Below, piece after piece: positions 11,041 through 24,540 of a DNA stretch of 64,000 bases. The position numbers were made by a program, and so were the translations under genes. This DNA is from the human T2T-CHM13v2.0 reference genome, Homo sapiens, in the NCBI RefSeq assembly GCF_009914755.1, contig NC_060933.1. One strand, given 5' to 3'. The number at the start of each line of letters is the position of its first letter. Within the stretch, counting starts at the first letter, position 1. The notes under the pieces are model-generated. The model was not told the origin of the DNA and did not search any database. It saw only the letters and a program-made list of their open reading frames with translations.

Positions 11041-14000
11041 GGGAGTCAGGGGCTCTGCCTCTTTTATTTTGAGTCCCACCAGGAGCCCTTGATAAATTTG
11101 GAGGTAGGACCTAAACATGAATTTATCACCTTTTTAGTTGATTCAGGAGCTTCACACTCCTCTGTTTGTTTCCCTCCACCTGGTCTTACCTGCTCTTCGG
11201 AAGAAGTTTTAGTCAGCGGGGTAAAAGGAGAAGGATTTAAGGCAAAAATTTTTAGAAAGCACAGAAGTCAGATATCAAGATTGATTTACTCATATTCAAT
11301 TTTTATTAATTCCTGAAGTGGGAACTAATCTATTAGGAAGGGACTTAATGGTAAGGCTAGGTACAGGCCTTCGAGTGGGCCCTAAAGGATTCCTCACTTC
11401 ACTACATTTACTCACTGCTGTAAATGAGAAATATATTCATCCTGATGTCTGGTCAAAGGAAGGAAATAGAGGGAAACTCCAAATCTCTCCAATACATATC
11501 AAACTAAAAAATCCTGGGGAAATAGTAAGGAGAAAGCAGTACCCCATTCCTTTAGAGGGCAGAGTAGGGCTAAAGCCTGTAATTAAGGGTCTCATTAAAG
11601 ATGGGCTTCTTGAACCCTGTATGTCTCCTTACAATACCCCAATCATGCCTGTCAAGAAATCAGATGGGTCCTATTGATTAGTGCAAGACCTTAGAGCTAT
11701 TAATCAAGTAGTCCAGACCACTCACCCCATTGTTCCTAACCCTTACACCATTCTTAGCAAAATTCTATACAATCATCAGTTGTTTACATTGACGGATTTA
11801 ATCTGGCATGCCCTTGGCTAAGGATAGCTGAGATATATTTGTTTTTGAGTGGGAAGACCCCCACTCAGGGCTGAGACAACAATATTGATGGACAGTCTTG
11901 CCCCAGGGGTTCACAGACTCCCCCAACCTCCCTCTTTGGTCAGATCCCAGAACAAGTACTAGAGAAAGTCACAGTCCCTAAGCAAATATGCCTGCTTCAG
12001 TACGTAGATGATCTTCTTATATCTGGTAAAGATATAAAGGAAGTAAGTGACTTCTCTACACATATTCTCAATCACTTGCAATGTGAGGGGTTGTGGGTCT
12101 CAAAAGGGAAACTTCAGTATGTAGAACCTGAAGTTAAATACTTAGGTCACCTAATCAGTGCTGGTAAATGAAGAATAGGCCTTGAAAGAGTGGAGGGAAT
12201 TGTTTCTCTACCCCTGCCTCAAAATAAACAAGAACTCAGGAAATTTTTAGGACTAATTAGATATTGCTGTTTATGGATTGACACATTTGCATTAAAAAGT
12301 AAACTTCTATATGAGAAACTTGCCCAGTGCAAACCTGATTGTCTCTTGTGGACTTCTGAGGAAATCCAGCAAATTGAGGAATTAAAAGAGATGCTCATAA
12401 CTGCCCCTATTCTAGCTCTACACTCCCTAGAGTTTTTGTTAACGTAAATAATGAGGTAGCTCTAGGAGTTCTTACCTAAGGGCATGGAGGCAATTGACAG
12501 CCCGTGGCCTTCTTGTTAAAGGTCTTAGACCCAGTCACTTTTGAGTGGCCCCAATGTATCCAATCCATCACGGCTACAGCAGTATTAGTTGAAGAAAGTA
12601 GGAATTTAACCTTTGGAGGAAAGTTAACAGTAAGCACACCCCACCAAGTTAGAACTATTTTAAGTCAGAAAGCAGGAAGGTGGATCACTGACTCAAGGAT
12701 TTTAAAATATGAGGCTATCCTACTGGAAAAAGATGATTTAATATTAACTACTGAAAATTCACTTAATCCAGAAGCCTTTCTGATAGGGGATCCAAACTTA
12801 AAAAGAGAGCACGCATGTTTAGATCTGATTGATTACCATACAAAAGTTCGACCAGACTTAGGAGAAACTCCCTTCAAGAGAGGGGGGCACTTATTCATAG
12901 ATGGCTCCTCCTGCGTAATTGAAGGGAAAAGACATCATGGGTATTCAGTGATTGATGGAGAAACGCTTGAAGAAGTAGAATCAGGAAGACTGCCTAATAA
13001 TTGGTCTGCCCAGACATGTGAACTGTTTGCACTCAGCCAAGCTTTAGAACATTTACAAAACCAAGAAAGAACTATCTATACTGACTCTAAGTATGCCTTT
13101 GGGGTGGCACACACATTTGGAAAAATTTGGATGGAGAGGAGTCTTACCAATAGTAGAGGCCAAGATTTAGTTCATAGAGAACTAATTGCTTGTGTCCTCT
13201 ATAATCTCCAATTGCCAGAAGAGATAGCTATTGTACATGTCCCAGGGCATCAGAGGGACTTGTCTTTCACAAGTCGGGGAAATAATCTCGCAGATCAGAT
13301 AGCAAAGCAAGCTGCCGTTTCTTCTGAAATGCCTGTTTTTCATTTAACTCCATGCCTTCCTTCTCCTACTGCAACCCCCATTTTCGCTTCCATTGAAAAA
13401 GAGAAGTTAATAAGAATAGGAGCTAAAGAGAACACAGAAGGGAAATGGATATTATCAGATCAAAGGGAGATGTTGTCAATACCTCTCACGAGGGAGATCT
13501 CGTCTCAATTACATCAGGGGACCCAATGGGGACCCCAAGCAATGTATGATGCAGTTCTCCAGGTTTATGGGTATATAGGAATTTACACCCTGGCCAAACA
13601 AGTTATAGATAGTTGTTTAATACGTAAAAAAGACTAATAAGCAGATTCTAAGGAAATTGCCCCTTGGAGGAAGGAATCCAGGGCTGAGACCATTTCAAAG
13701 TGTTCAGATTGATTATACCGAAATGCCCCCAGCTGGTTGCTTAAAATACTTAGTAGTAGTAATAGACCACTTTACCCACTGGGTAGAGGCTATCCCATTC
13801 TCAAGTGCAACCACCAATAATGTAGTCTAAGCATTAATTGAAAACATCGTACCCAGATTTGGACTAGTGGAAAATATTGATTCAGATAATGGAACCCATT
13901 TCACTGCACATGTCATTAAGAAGTTAGCCCAGGTACTAGATATAAATTGGGAATATCATACCCCCTGGCATCCATCCTCCTCAGGAAGGGTAAAGCAGAT

Positions 14001-14524
14001 GAATCAGACTCTAAAAAACCACTTAAGTTAGTTTTAGAACCCGATTGCCATGGACTAAATGTCTTCCTATTGCTTTGTTAAGAATCCAGACTGCCCCTTG
14101 GAGAGATATTGGCCTTTCCCCTTATGAAATGCTCTACGGATTGCCCTACTTACACTCTGCTGCTGACATCCCTACATTTGAAACTAAAGATCATTTCCTC
14201 AAAATCTATACACTTGGTCTATCCTCTATCTTCTCCTGCCTTAAGACTAAAGGTCTCCTAGCACAGGCGCCACCCCTGGAGTTTCCAGCACATCAACATC
14301 AGCCTGGAGACTATGTCCTCATCAAAGGGTGGAAGGAAGGGAAACTCGAACCAGCTTGGGAAGGACCCTACCTAGTGCTCCTAATTACTGAGACTACAGT
14401 CCGGACAGCGGAAAGAGGATGGACTTATCACACCCAAGTCAAAAAGACGCTGCCACCTTCAGAATCATGCACTGTCACTCCTGGGCTCACCCCCACCAAA
14501 CTAACTCTAAAAAGAGATTACTAA
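11041..14524 (+). pseudogene. pol: ERV pro-pol (protease, RT, RNase H, integrase), disrupted
   Basis: FLVDSGA protease; LPQG at about 11898 and YVDD at 12001; RNase H FIDGSS and IYTDSKY; integrase QIDY, DSDNGTHF and WEGPYLVLL; several stops and frameshifts. Confidence 0.95.
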
Positions 14525-16467
14525 TCACTTACTTATTTTCTTTTCAACAGAAGGTCATCTTGTCATCAATGGTAACTCAGGCTAGCCAACCTTTAACCCT
14601 TCTGTTTGACGTCTGTTCAGTCATCCCGTGCGGAGATGAGCAAGCTCAAAGGAAGGTATCCCATGGTGATAAGTATCTATGTCCATACTGCAAAGAGTCA
14701 ACCAAGTATAAGTATGGAACTTCAAAACGTCCCTGTAGTGACTGGGCAGATGTTTGGTGGACCACTAAGTACAAAGGGTGGACAGCCAGGCCGCCTGCTT
14801 CAAATAGGTTACGGGGACTAAGACAAAAACTCCAACTAGTCCGTGGCCACACCCCACCAAATTGTAAGCTGTTGCACTGTTACCCCTTGTTGCTGATTAT
14901 AAATCATCCCTGGACAATAGCCCAAGAACCCTCTGTATTTGAACGGTATGGGTTAGAAGCAGATGTTTCAGGATAAGGCCCTATAGGAATCTTCTCCCTA
15001 AGGTTATTTAAACCACTGGTTAACAACAATAAAGGAATTCAGGCCCAGAGTCCAGGAGACATGTGGAACCCAACGCTCTCCCCAGGTATAGCGAGTCCAA
15101 CGTCCTCCTCACATCTCCAAAATGACCCAACCAAGGTAACAGTTGTGGAGGTAGAAAACTTAAGGCAAACTATAGCTCTAGAAACAGGATATCAAGATGC
15201 AAATGCTTGGCTGGAAACAATTAAATATTCCGTCCGCACTTCAAACAAAAGTGAATGTTACGCTTGTGTGCACAGTAAGACCAGAAGCCCAGATTGTCCC
15301 CGTTCCGCTTAGATGGTCTTCCAGCTGACCGGGCATGAGCTGTATGGTAGCTCTCTTCCAAAACCCCTCAGCCTGGGGCAATAAATCATGCCAAGCTCTT
15401 TCTCTGCTGTTCCCTGAAGTTCGACACCCTTTGGGTCTGCCCCCGAGGGCCATTCAGCATCCATCTCCCAATGCCAATTTTACTTCATGTCTCTCATGAC
15501 AGGGAGAAAACTTGGCATTCCTGGAAGCCTTAACAGGATGCAGTAAGCTTAAGTCCTTCCAAGAGCTTACCCATCAGTCTACCCTTAGCCATCCTCGAGA
15601 GGATGTGTGGTGGTATTGTGGTAGACCAATACTGGACACTCTGCCAAGTAACTGGAGCAGAATTTGTGCTCTAATTCAATTGGCCATCCCTTTCACCCTG
15701 ATATTTCATCAACCAGAAAGGACAGGAACCAAATATCATCAAACAAAAGAGGCCCCCACCATGGGTCCTTCAATTCTCATGTTTATATAGATGCCATTGG
15801 GGTCCCAAGAGGAGTGCCAAATGAATTTAAGGCCCAAAATCAAATAACTGCTGGATTTGAATCTATGCTCTTCTGGTGGTTAACTGTAAATAAAAATGTG
15901 AATTGGATAAATTACATTTATTACAATCAACAATGATTTATTAATTATACTAGAGATGCTATTAAAGGGATGGCTGAACAACTAGGACCCACCAGTCAAA
16001 TGGCCTGGGGAAATAGGATAGCATTAGACATGATATTAGCAAAGGAGGGTGGAGTTTGTGTCATGATCGGGACCCAATGCTGTGCTTATATCCCTAATAA
16101 TACTGCTCCTAGTGGGACCATAACTAAAGCATTACAAGGTCTTACTGCCTTATCAAATGAACTAGCCAAAAACTCTGGACTAAACGATCCCTTCACAAAT
16201 TTAATGGGAAATTTGTTCGGTAGATGGAAGGGACTTATGTCCTCAATCCTCATGTCTCTGGCCATTGGAATAGGGTTGCTTATTCTTGTAGGATGTTGTA
16301 TTATACCCTGTGCCCGAGGACTAATATAAAGACTTACTGAAACAGCTCTCACTAAAACCTCTTATGATCCTCCTCCCCCTTATTCAAATGAGCTTTTCCT
16401 TCTAGAAGACCAAGTAGAACAACAGAGCCAAATTATGCTAAAAAGATTTGAAGAGAAAAAGTTATAA
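14419..16467 (+). pseudogene. env: ERV env (gamma-type, HERV-IP/EnvP(b)-like), disrupted
   Basis: CYAC (CxxC) in SU; YIDAIGVPRGVPNEFKAQNQITAGFES; immunosuppressive domain NRIALDMILAKEGGVC; CX6CC (CVMIGTQCC); hydrophobic anchor; stops at 14974, 15934, 16327 plus frameshifts. Confidence 0.92.
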
Positions 16468-16483
16468 AAAGAAGAAGGGGAAA
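16466..16483 (+). other. Polypurine tract
   Basis: AAAAAGAAGAAGGGGAAA 2 nt before the 3' LTR. Confidence 0.85.
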
Positions 16484-16485
16484 TC

Positions 16486-16997
16486 TGTGGGATATGATGA
16501 GGTTTCTCTTCAAATAGCCTGATCAATCCTTTATTATTTAATTCATAGTATCCCCCCACCCCTTTTTCCTTTTTCTCCTTTTTTCTTCCTTTCTGCCTTT
16601 GTTACATGCCCAGACATGCCACAGTACCAGGCGTTATCAGTACCAGCTCACATTCTTTCCCTTACTTGGAAAGAAGACTAGCTCTCTAGCTCATTGCAGA
16701 CACCACTTCACCTTTTCCCTCTCTCCCTTACATGCCCACCTAATCTAAAAAAGTGTCAAATGTTTAGTTAACCGGGAATAGTTTAGACTGTACGGCCCAA
16801 CCCCGACCAATGGGGAAAGGGTACTGCGGCAGGACTTGCGCCAGGAATAAAAGCTCTCGTGACCCTTTGTTCAGGTGTGCTCTCATGGTGACTGGCCAAG
16901 GAGAAGCACCCCTCTGTGCAAAAGTAAAATTGCTTTGCTAAGAATCCTTTGTTTTGAGTGTTCAATTTCCTTAGGATTTTGAGCGTTATTCCCAACA
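16486..16997 (+). mobile_element. 3' LTR, LTR10 family
   Basis: TGTGGGATATGATGAGG...CCCAACA; repeat of the 5' LTR. Confidence 0.92.
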
Positions 16998-17389
16998 CAT
17001 GACTTCTAAAACTGTTATTTTTTTTCTGTAGTAATAATTCTTTATTTTCATTTGCCTAGTGTGCTGTGCCTTTATTAATTAGTCCCAATTTTTCATGGAG
17101 CAGCATAGCTACTGTCAGCAGGAAAAAATGTCTCGAATAATTGGTTCCATTTTGCTCCTAGAGTCTTTAATATTCCTGACTCAATCTGTATCTGTTTCTC
17201 TCTAGGCTTTCTGTATAACCCTCATTCTTCACTGTCAATCTGGAAAATCTCTACTTTTCTCCTGTAATGGATTCTACATTTCCTATATCCCATGTCTTCT
17301 ACTTTTTGGGTTTATTTTTGTGAAGAGACTGATGGTTATATACTTAATATTCAATTTTTTCTATTTCTAAGGGGAATCACAATTTATTT

Positions 17390-17620
17390 GTGGGTGGTAG
17401 TGTGTCCAGCCAAAACCTATATTTCTCAGTTCACCTTGCAGATAAATATGGCCCTGTAACATGGTTCTGGTTGCTGTAACATAAGCAGAAGTTTTTGGGT
17501 GAGGCTTCCTAAAAAAGCTCTTAAGAAGATGGGAGGGGACAGTCTCAGCTGGCATGCACATTGTGTCCTTTACCCTTCCTTTTCTTCTTGCAGGAAATAA
17601 AGATGTGAGTCTTCCCATTG
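17390..17620 (+). mobile_element. MLT1-family LTR fragment
   Basis: catggttctgg...taagcagaag...ggcttcctaaaaaagctc resembles old MLT1 LTRs. Confidence 0.5.
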
Positions 17621-18759
17621 AGAGAGAATGTATAAGTCACATGGACTTAATAATTTAGTTCTCTATAATTTAAAATTTCTCACCATAAATTGATAAATTG
17701 ACATTCTAGTGCATACGTCACTCTACGGACCTATTTAATTAGAGTTTACCTTGAGAGATAAACCCAGTCTTGATATTTTTCAAATTAGTTTTCTTAGACT
17801 ACAAGATTGAAGAAAAGACTATGAGAAATTCTTCACAGCTTGTGAGGCTTTTTAGGAGTTAGACACTACCAGCCTCACCTGGCAACAACCTAAATACAAA
17901 AATAAAAATATAAATGAAATACATAATATAAAAATAAAGCTTTTCTTTTGAACTTCAGGGGATTGCATATTTGTATTAATACATAAAAGCTCCACTGAAG
18001 AAAAAACAAAATGTGACTTAGAGGCAACCCATGAGGAGGCGTAAAAGCTTTCTTCTTCACAAGGCTACCCCACGCTGGCTAACGATTTCTTCAACCAATT
18101 ATACTGTCTCTTGCGGAATTTGAATGTGAGACATACAGAGAAGTACACAAATGGTAGAGAAACACAGAAACAGACAGCAATGCAGAAAACACTATAAAAG
18201 TCAAAGCCATCAGGTAGCAAAGTCATGAATAAGCAGAAAATCATGAATAAGTTGAAACAATATCAGGTGGTATGAGTTGTGTGATACCTTGATGATGATC
18301 CATATCTCTTTGAAACCTGCTGAAAATATGTAGATAGTTTCACATTTCTCATTTTCTCATTCATCTTTATAATGTACCACTTAAGATGATCTTAGTGGGC
18401 CTATGTACCTTACAACTTTTAATAGTTATTAGCACAAATATTTCCCAAATCTATTACCTCATATTCGTGCCCATTTCCCTGCCCAGATTAAGCCTTCATT
18501 GTTATTCATATAGATGACTAGAAAAATAATTCATAGCTTCCCAGCTTTCACTTTTCCATCACATAACACAGATCTTATCATGTCACTCTCTCTGTGTTCA
18601 TGAATAATGCATATGTGAGAACTGGATGTCATAAAACAGTGAATCATGGGGTTGGCTGTAGAACCATTCCATCTGTGTATGTGCATAGGCCTGGGAGATT
18701 GAGAGTTGGAGGAGCCTTATCATACACTTTGAGTAGGGAGGTGAGAACCAGAAAATTAG

Positions 18760-19225
18760 AGGTAGTTTCATTCACTCCTCTGGTTTCCATCACCTTGTAT
18801 ATGCTGATGACCTCTACTTCAATTTCTCCACCCTCTTCTGACCTTAGATGCATATAGCCAACTGTTTACCCCACATCTCCGCTGGGAGGACTTATAGGCA
18901 CCTGAATCTCAACATGTCTAAAACAAAGCTCATCAGCTTTCCCTTCCTGTGAGGGTGATTTCATTTCTCTCTTTAGAGACTGGCATCACTATTTGTTCAA
19001 GCCAAAAAACCAAGAGTCCTCTCCCTCTTCTTCTCCCTCATTCTTCATTTATAAGAAATCACCAAGTTCTCTTGATTTTACTTCTTTAATGTTTTTTTCA
19101 ATCTGAGCTCTTCTCTCTATTTCACTGAATTACTTTAATCTGATCCATCTCTCTCATGTAGGTAATTCACAGGTCTTTCTCACCTAATCTAGGATCTTCC
19201 CAAATGCATTCACTACGCTGCATCC
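18760..19225 (+). mobile_element. L2 fragment
   Basis: tatatgctgatgacctc, atatagccaactgtttacc, ctcaacatgtctaaaac are characteristic of L2. Confidence 0.7.
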
Positions 19226-19403
19226 ATCCACAGGTGGCTATTTAAGTAAATTATGATACACCTATACAATGTAACACTGAGTAGCCTTTAGAAAGAATGA
19301 GGCAGATTTGCATGTGCTGAATATTTGATAAAAATGCAAATAACTGAATAGCATGTATTGTATTATCTTCCTAGGCAAATTTACAAAGTATATGAAATGT
19401 TGT

Positions 19404-19848
19404 TGCTATAGTTTCATTTGTTTGCCCCCCTCCAAATCTCATATTGAATGTTGAAGCCCAGTGTTGGGAGTGGGGTCTAGTGGGAGATGTTTGGGTCATG
19501 GGAGCAGATCCCTCATAAATGTCTTGGTGCCATCCTCTTTGTAATGAGTGAGTTCACACTGTGCTAGTTCCTGCAAGTGCTGGTTGTTAAAAATAGCCTG
19601 GCACCTCCCAGCTCTCTCTCTGGCATCTTCTTCACCATGTGACCTCTGCATACACCAGCTTCACTCTGCCTTCTGCCACAAATGAAGGGGGCCTGAGGCT
19701 CTCATCAGAAGCAGATGCTGGTGCCATGGTTCTTGTATAGCCTGCAGAACCATGAGCCAAATAAACCTCTTTTCTTTATAAATTACCAGCTTCAGGGTAA
19801 TTTATAAAGTCTGTTGTGTTGTTATCACAATACAAACAGACGAAGACA
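19404..19848 (+). mobile_element. MST (MSTB-like) solo LTR
   Basis: tgctatagttt...gaagcagatgctggtgccatg...aataaacctcttttctttataaattacc...gaagaca. Confidence 0.88.
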
Positions 19849-20211
19849 GCTGTCATATGCACATGTAGATGATTTTAATTATTTTTCTAAGGATTCCAAA
19901 GAAAATGCCTACAGGGAGAAATACTCAGAGCCTAGAGTGGTTGAGGCAGAGGATGTGGATACTTTCCTTAAAAGGCAGAGGGTGTGGTGACCTTCTGTTA
20001 TGAAAAATTCTAAACATACACATAAGTAGGGAGAATAGATAATTCCTTTCTTCATGATCACCCAGCTTCAATAATGATTAACTTGTAGTCAATCTTGTTT
20101 TGTTTATGTCCTCACTCACTCTACTTGTAGTTCTACTGTTATTATTTTAAAGCAATTTTCAGGTGTTACAGAATTTCATTAGTGGCATACTTCAGTATAT
20201 ATCTCTAAGAT

Positions 20212-20425
20212 AATGTTGTCCAACAGGATTCTCTGCAATGATGAAAATATCCTATATATGTACTTTCCAATACTATCTACGAGCCATACATGGCTAATCA
20301 AGCACTGGAAATGTGACTGATGTGGCTGAGGAACTAAACTTTTTAAGTTTTTCCTATTTTAATTGACTTAAATCTAAATGTAAACAGTCACGTGTGGCTA
20401 GGGGCTACACAACTGGACAGTATAG
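20212..20425. mobile_element. MER3 hAT-Charlie MITE
   Basis: tgtccaa...ctgcaatgatgaaaatatcc...tggctaggggctac...tggacag; inverted ends. Confidence 0.8.
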
Positions 20426-20469
20426 CTCTTAGATATAAGGAATTCTTTTAAAAATTTATAACTAAAATA

Positions 20470-20650
20470 GACCAGGCCAGGGTGGCTCATACCTGTAATC
20501 CTAGAACTTCGGGAGACCCAGGTGGGAGGATCGCTTGAGGTCAGGAGTTCAAGTTTACAGTGAGCTATGATTGCAATGCTGCACTCCAGCCTGGGGAACA
20601 GAAAGAGACTCTGTCTAAACAAACAAACAAACAAACAAACAAAACAAAAC
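20470..20650 (+). mobile_element. Alu monomer (FRAM-like) with (AAAC)n tail
   Basis: Single arm followed by (AAAC)n. Confidence 0.8.
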
Positions 20651-20751
20651 ACAACTGAAATATGTCACATCTAAAAATGAGTACCATTTCCTGAATATTA
20701 TCAATTTTCAATTGCAGTGCTCAAAATTTTTCAGATATATCATAAATATTT

Positions 20752-21016
<265 letters not shown>

Positions 21017-23387
21017 TAATTTTAATAGTTGCTTTGCTTGAAACTAAATCCATACACTTTATTGTTTGTTGATATGTTTCTTAAGTTCTTTTAATCTAAA
21101 GTTTTGATAAGGATGCATTAATTTTCATTTTATGCCAATCTACATAGTTTGAATTTTTAAACAATTTTAAACCATGAATATATCATTTTTAATCACTAGT
21201 GTACCATCAGAGATTGTCTAGGTGGTAGGACGATATGCCAATACTTGTTATTATTAAAGAATGCTTGCCTTTTTTTAAGTACAAATCTTTTAATATAATT
21301 TCTGTGCCCTAAAGGGCTCTTCTTTTAAGCTTCTAAAATTTAATATCCAAATTCTTTTTTTCTACTTTTTTTCAACTTTTATTTTGGACTCAGAGAGTAC
21401 ATACGCAGGTTTGTTATATGGGCATATTGTGCGATACTGAGATTTGGGGTATGGATTATCCTGTCACTTGGGTAGTGAGCATAGTACCCAATAGTTAGCT
21501 TTGCAGCCCATGCCCCTCCCTTCCCTCCCATTTCTAGGAGTCCCCAGTGTCTGTTGTTCCATCTTTATGTCTATGTGTACCCGATGTTTAGCTCCCACTT
21601 GTGAGAACATGCAGTATTTGGTTTCCTGATCCTTTATTAGTTCACTTAGGATAATGGCCTCCAGCTGCATCCACGTTGCTGCAAAGGACATGATTTCATT
21701 CTTTTTTTGTGGCTGTGTAGTATTTTATGGTGTACATGTACCACATTTTGTTTATTCAATCCAGAATTGATGGGCATCTAGGTTGATTCCATGACTTTGC
21801 TATGGTGAATAGCACGTTGATGAACATGTGAGTGCATGTGTCTTTCGGTATAATGATCTATATTCCTCTAGAATATACCCAGTAATGGAATTGCTGGGTA
21901 GAATGGTAGTTCTAAGTTTTTGAGAAATCTCCAAACTAATTTACATACCTACAAAAAGTATATAAACACTTCCTTTTCTCTTCAGCCTCACCAGCATCGG
22001 TTTTTTTTTGTTGTTGTTGTGTTTGTTTTTTCTTTAAACAATAGAATAGCTATTTGGACTAGTGTGAGATGGTGTCTCATTGTTGTTTTGATTTGTATTT
22101 CTCTGATAGTTAGCGATGTGGAGCATTTTTTTTATGTTTGTTGGCCACCTGTATCTCTTTTCTTGAAAAGTGTCTGAGATAATTTCTCTTGCTGTGCAGA
22201 AGCTCTTTAGTTTAATTAGGTCCCGCTTAATCAATTTTTGGTTTTGTTACAATTGCTTTTGGAGACTTAGCCATAAATTATTTACCAAAGCTGATGTTGA
22301 GAAGGGTATTTCCTAGGTTTTCTTCTAGAGTTATTATAGTTTGAAGTCTTACACTTAGATATTGAGTTAATTTTTATACATGGTAAAAGGTAAGGGTCCA
22401 GCTTTATTCTTCTGTGTATAGCTGGGCAATTATCTTAGCACCATTTATTGAATAGGGAGTTCTTTCCCCATTGCTTATTTTTGTCAACTTTGTTGAAGAC
22501 CACATGGTTGTAGGTGTGCAGCTTTATTTCTGGGTTCTCTATTCTGTTTCATTGGCCTATGTGTCTATTTTTGTGCCAGTATCATGCTGTTTTGGTTACT
22601 GTAAACTTATGGTATAGTTTGAAGTTGGGTAAGGTGATGCCTCCAACTTTGTTCCTTTTACTTATGATTGCTTTTGCTATTCAGGCTCTCTTTTGGTTTG
22701 ATATACATTTTAGAATGGTTTTTTTTCTATTCTGATAGGAATAATATTGAATCTGTAAATTGCTTTGGGCAGCATGGCCATTTTAATGATATTGATTCTT
22801 CTAATCCATGAGCATGGAATATTTTTCTATTTATCTGTGCTGTCTCTGATTTCTTTTAGCAGTGTTTTGTAGTTCTCCTTGTATTGCTCTTTCACCTCCT
22901 GGGTTAGATGCATACCTAGATATTTCATTACTTTTGTGTGGTTATGGTGAACGGGATTGTGTTCTTGATTTGGCTCTCGGCTAGAATTTTATTGGTGTAC
23001 AGAAATACTACTGATTTTTGTACATTGATTTTATATCCTAAAACTTTACTGAAGTCATTTATCAGTTCTAGTACTCTTTTGGCAGAGTCTTTAGTGTTTT
23101 CTAAGTATAGAATCAAATAATCAGCAAACAGAGATCGTTTTACTTCTTTTCCAATTTGGATGCCTTTTATTTCTTTCTCTTGGTTGATTGCTCTGGCTAG
23201 GACTTCTAGCACTATGTTGAATAGGAGTGGGCATCCTTGTCTTGTACCAGTTCACAAGTGGAATGGTTCCAGCTATTGCCTGTTCAGTATGATGTGGGTT
23301 TGTTATAGATGGCTCTTATTATTTTGAGGTAAATTCCTTCAATACCTAGCCTACTGAGGGTTTTTATCATGAAAAGATGTTGGATTT

Positions 23388-23747
23388 TGATATGGTTTGT
23401 CTGTGTTTCTACACAAATCTCATTTTGAATTGTAGCTCCCATAATCCCTTATGTTGTGAGAGGGACCCAGTGCGAGATAATTGAATCATGGGGGCAGTTT
23501 CCCTATACTGTTCTGGTGGTACTGAATAAGTCTCATGAGATCTGATGATTTTATAAGGGGAAACCCCTTTTACTTGGCTCTCATTCTTTCATGTCTGCTG
23601 CCAGGTAAGACGTGCCTTTCACCTTCTGCCATAATTGTGAGGCCTCCCCAGCCAGGTGGAACCGTGAGTCCATTAAACCTCTTTTTCTTTATAAATTACC
23701 CAGTCTTGGGTATGTTTATATCAGCAACGTGAAAACTGACTAATACA
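23388..23747 (+). mobile_element. THE1 (B/C-like) solo LTR nested in L1
   Basis: tgatatggtttg...gactaataca, 360 bp; TSD GATTT/GATTG. Confidence 0.92.
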
Positions 23748-24135
23748 GATTGCATGAAAACTTTTTCTCCATCTATTGAGATGATCATATGGTTTCTACG
23801 GTTTTTATTTTTTTTTCTGTTTATGTGGTGAGTCACATTTATTGATTTCTGTTTGTTTAACCAACCTTGCATTGCAGGAAGAAAGCCTAGTTGATCGTGG
23901 TCAATTAACTTTTTGATGTGCTGTTGGATTCCATTTGCCAGTATTTTGTTGAGGACTTTTGTGTCTACATTCATCACAGATATTGGCCTGAAGTTTTTTT
24001 TCCACTGTGTCTCTGCCAGATTTTGGTATCAGGATCATGCTTGTTTTGTAACACAAGCAAGGGAGAAGCCCCTTCTTGATTTTTTAGAATAGTTTCAGTA
24101 GGATTGGTACCAATTCTCCTTTGTATGTGTGGTAG

Positions 24136-24499
<364 letters not shown>

Positions 24500-24540
24500 G
24501 GTAGGTTTTTTAAATTACTAATTCAATTTAAGAATTTGTT

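Larger units (their letters stand above)
7846..16997 (+). mobile_element. Near full-length defective class I endogenous retrovirus, HERV-I/HERV-IP group
   Basis: Paired about 510-bp LTRs, PBS, gag-pro-pol-env with recognisable motifs in order, polypurine tract before the 3' LTR. Confidence 0.95.

Noticed and set aside
12504-13637. 377-aa open RT-connection/RNase H ORF as a co-opted gene
   Set aside because: It starts at GTG, not ATG, and is just the longest surviving stretch of a pol broken on both sides; there is no evidence of selection from sequence alone.
14419-16467. Domesticated syncytin-like or EnvP(b)-like env gene
   Set aside because: It has multiple in-frame stops and frameshifts and a degraded furin site; the longest piece is 185 aa.
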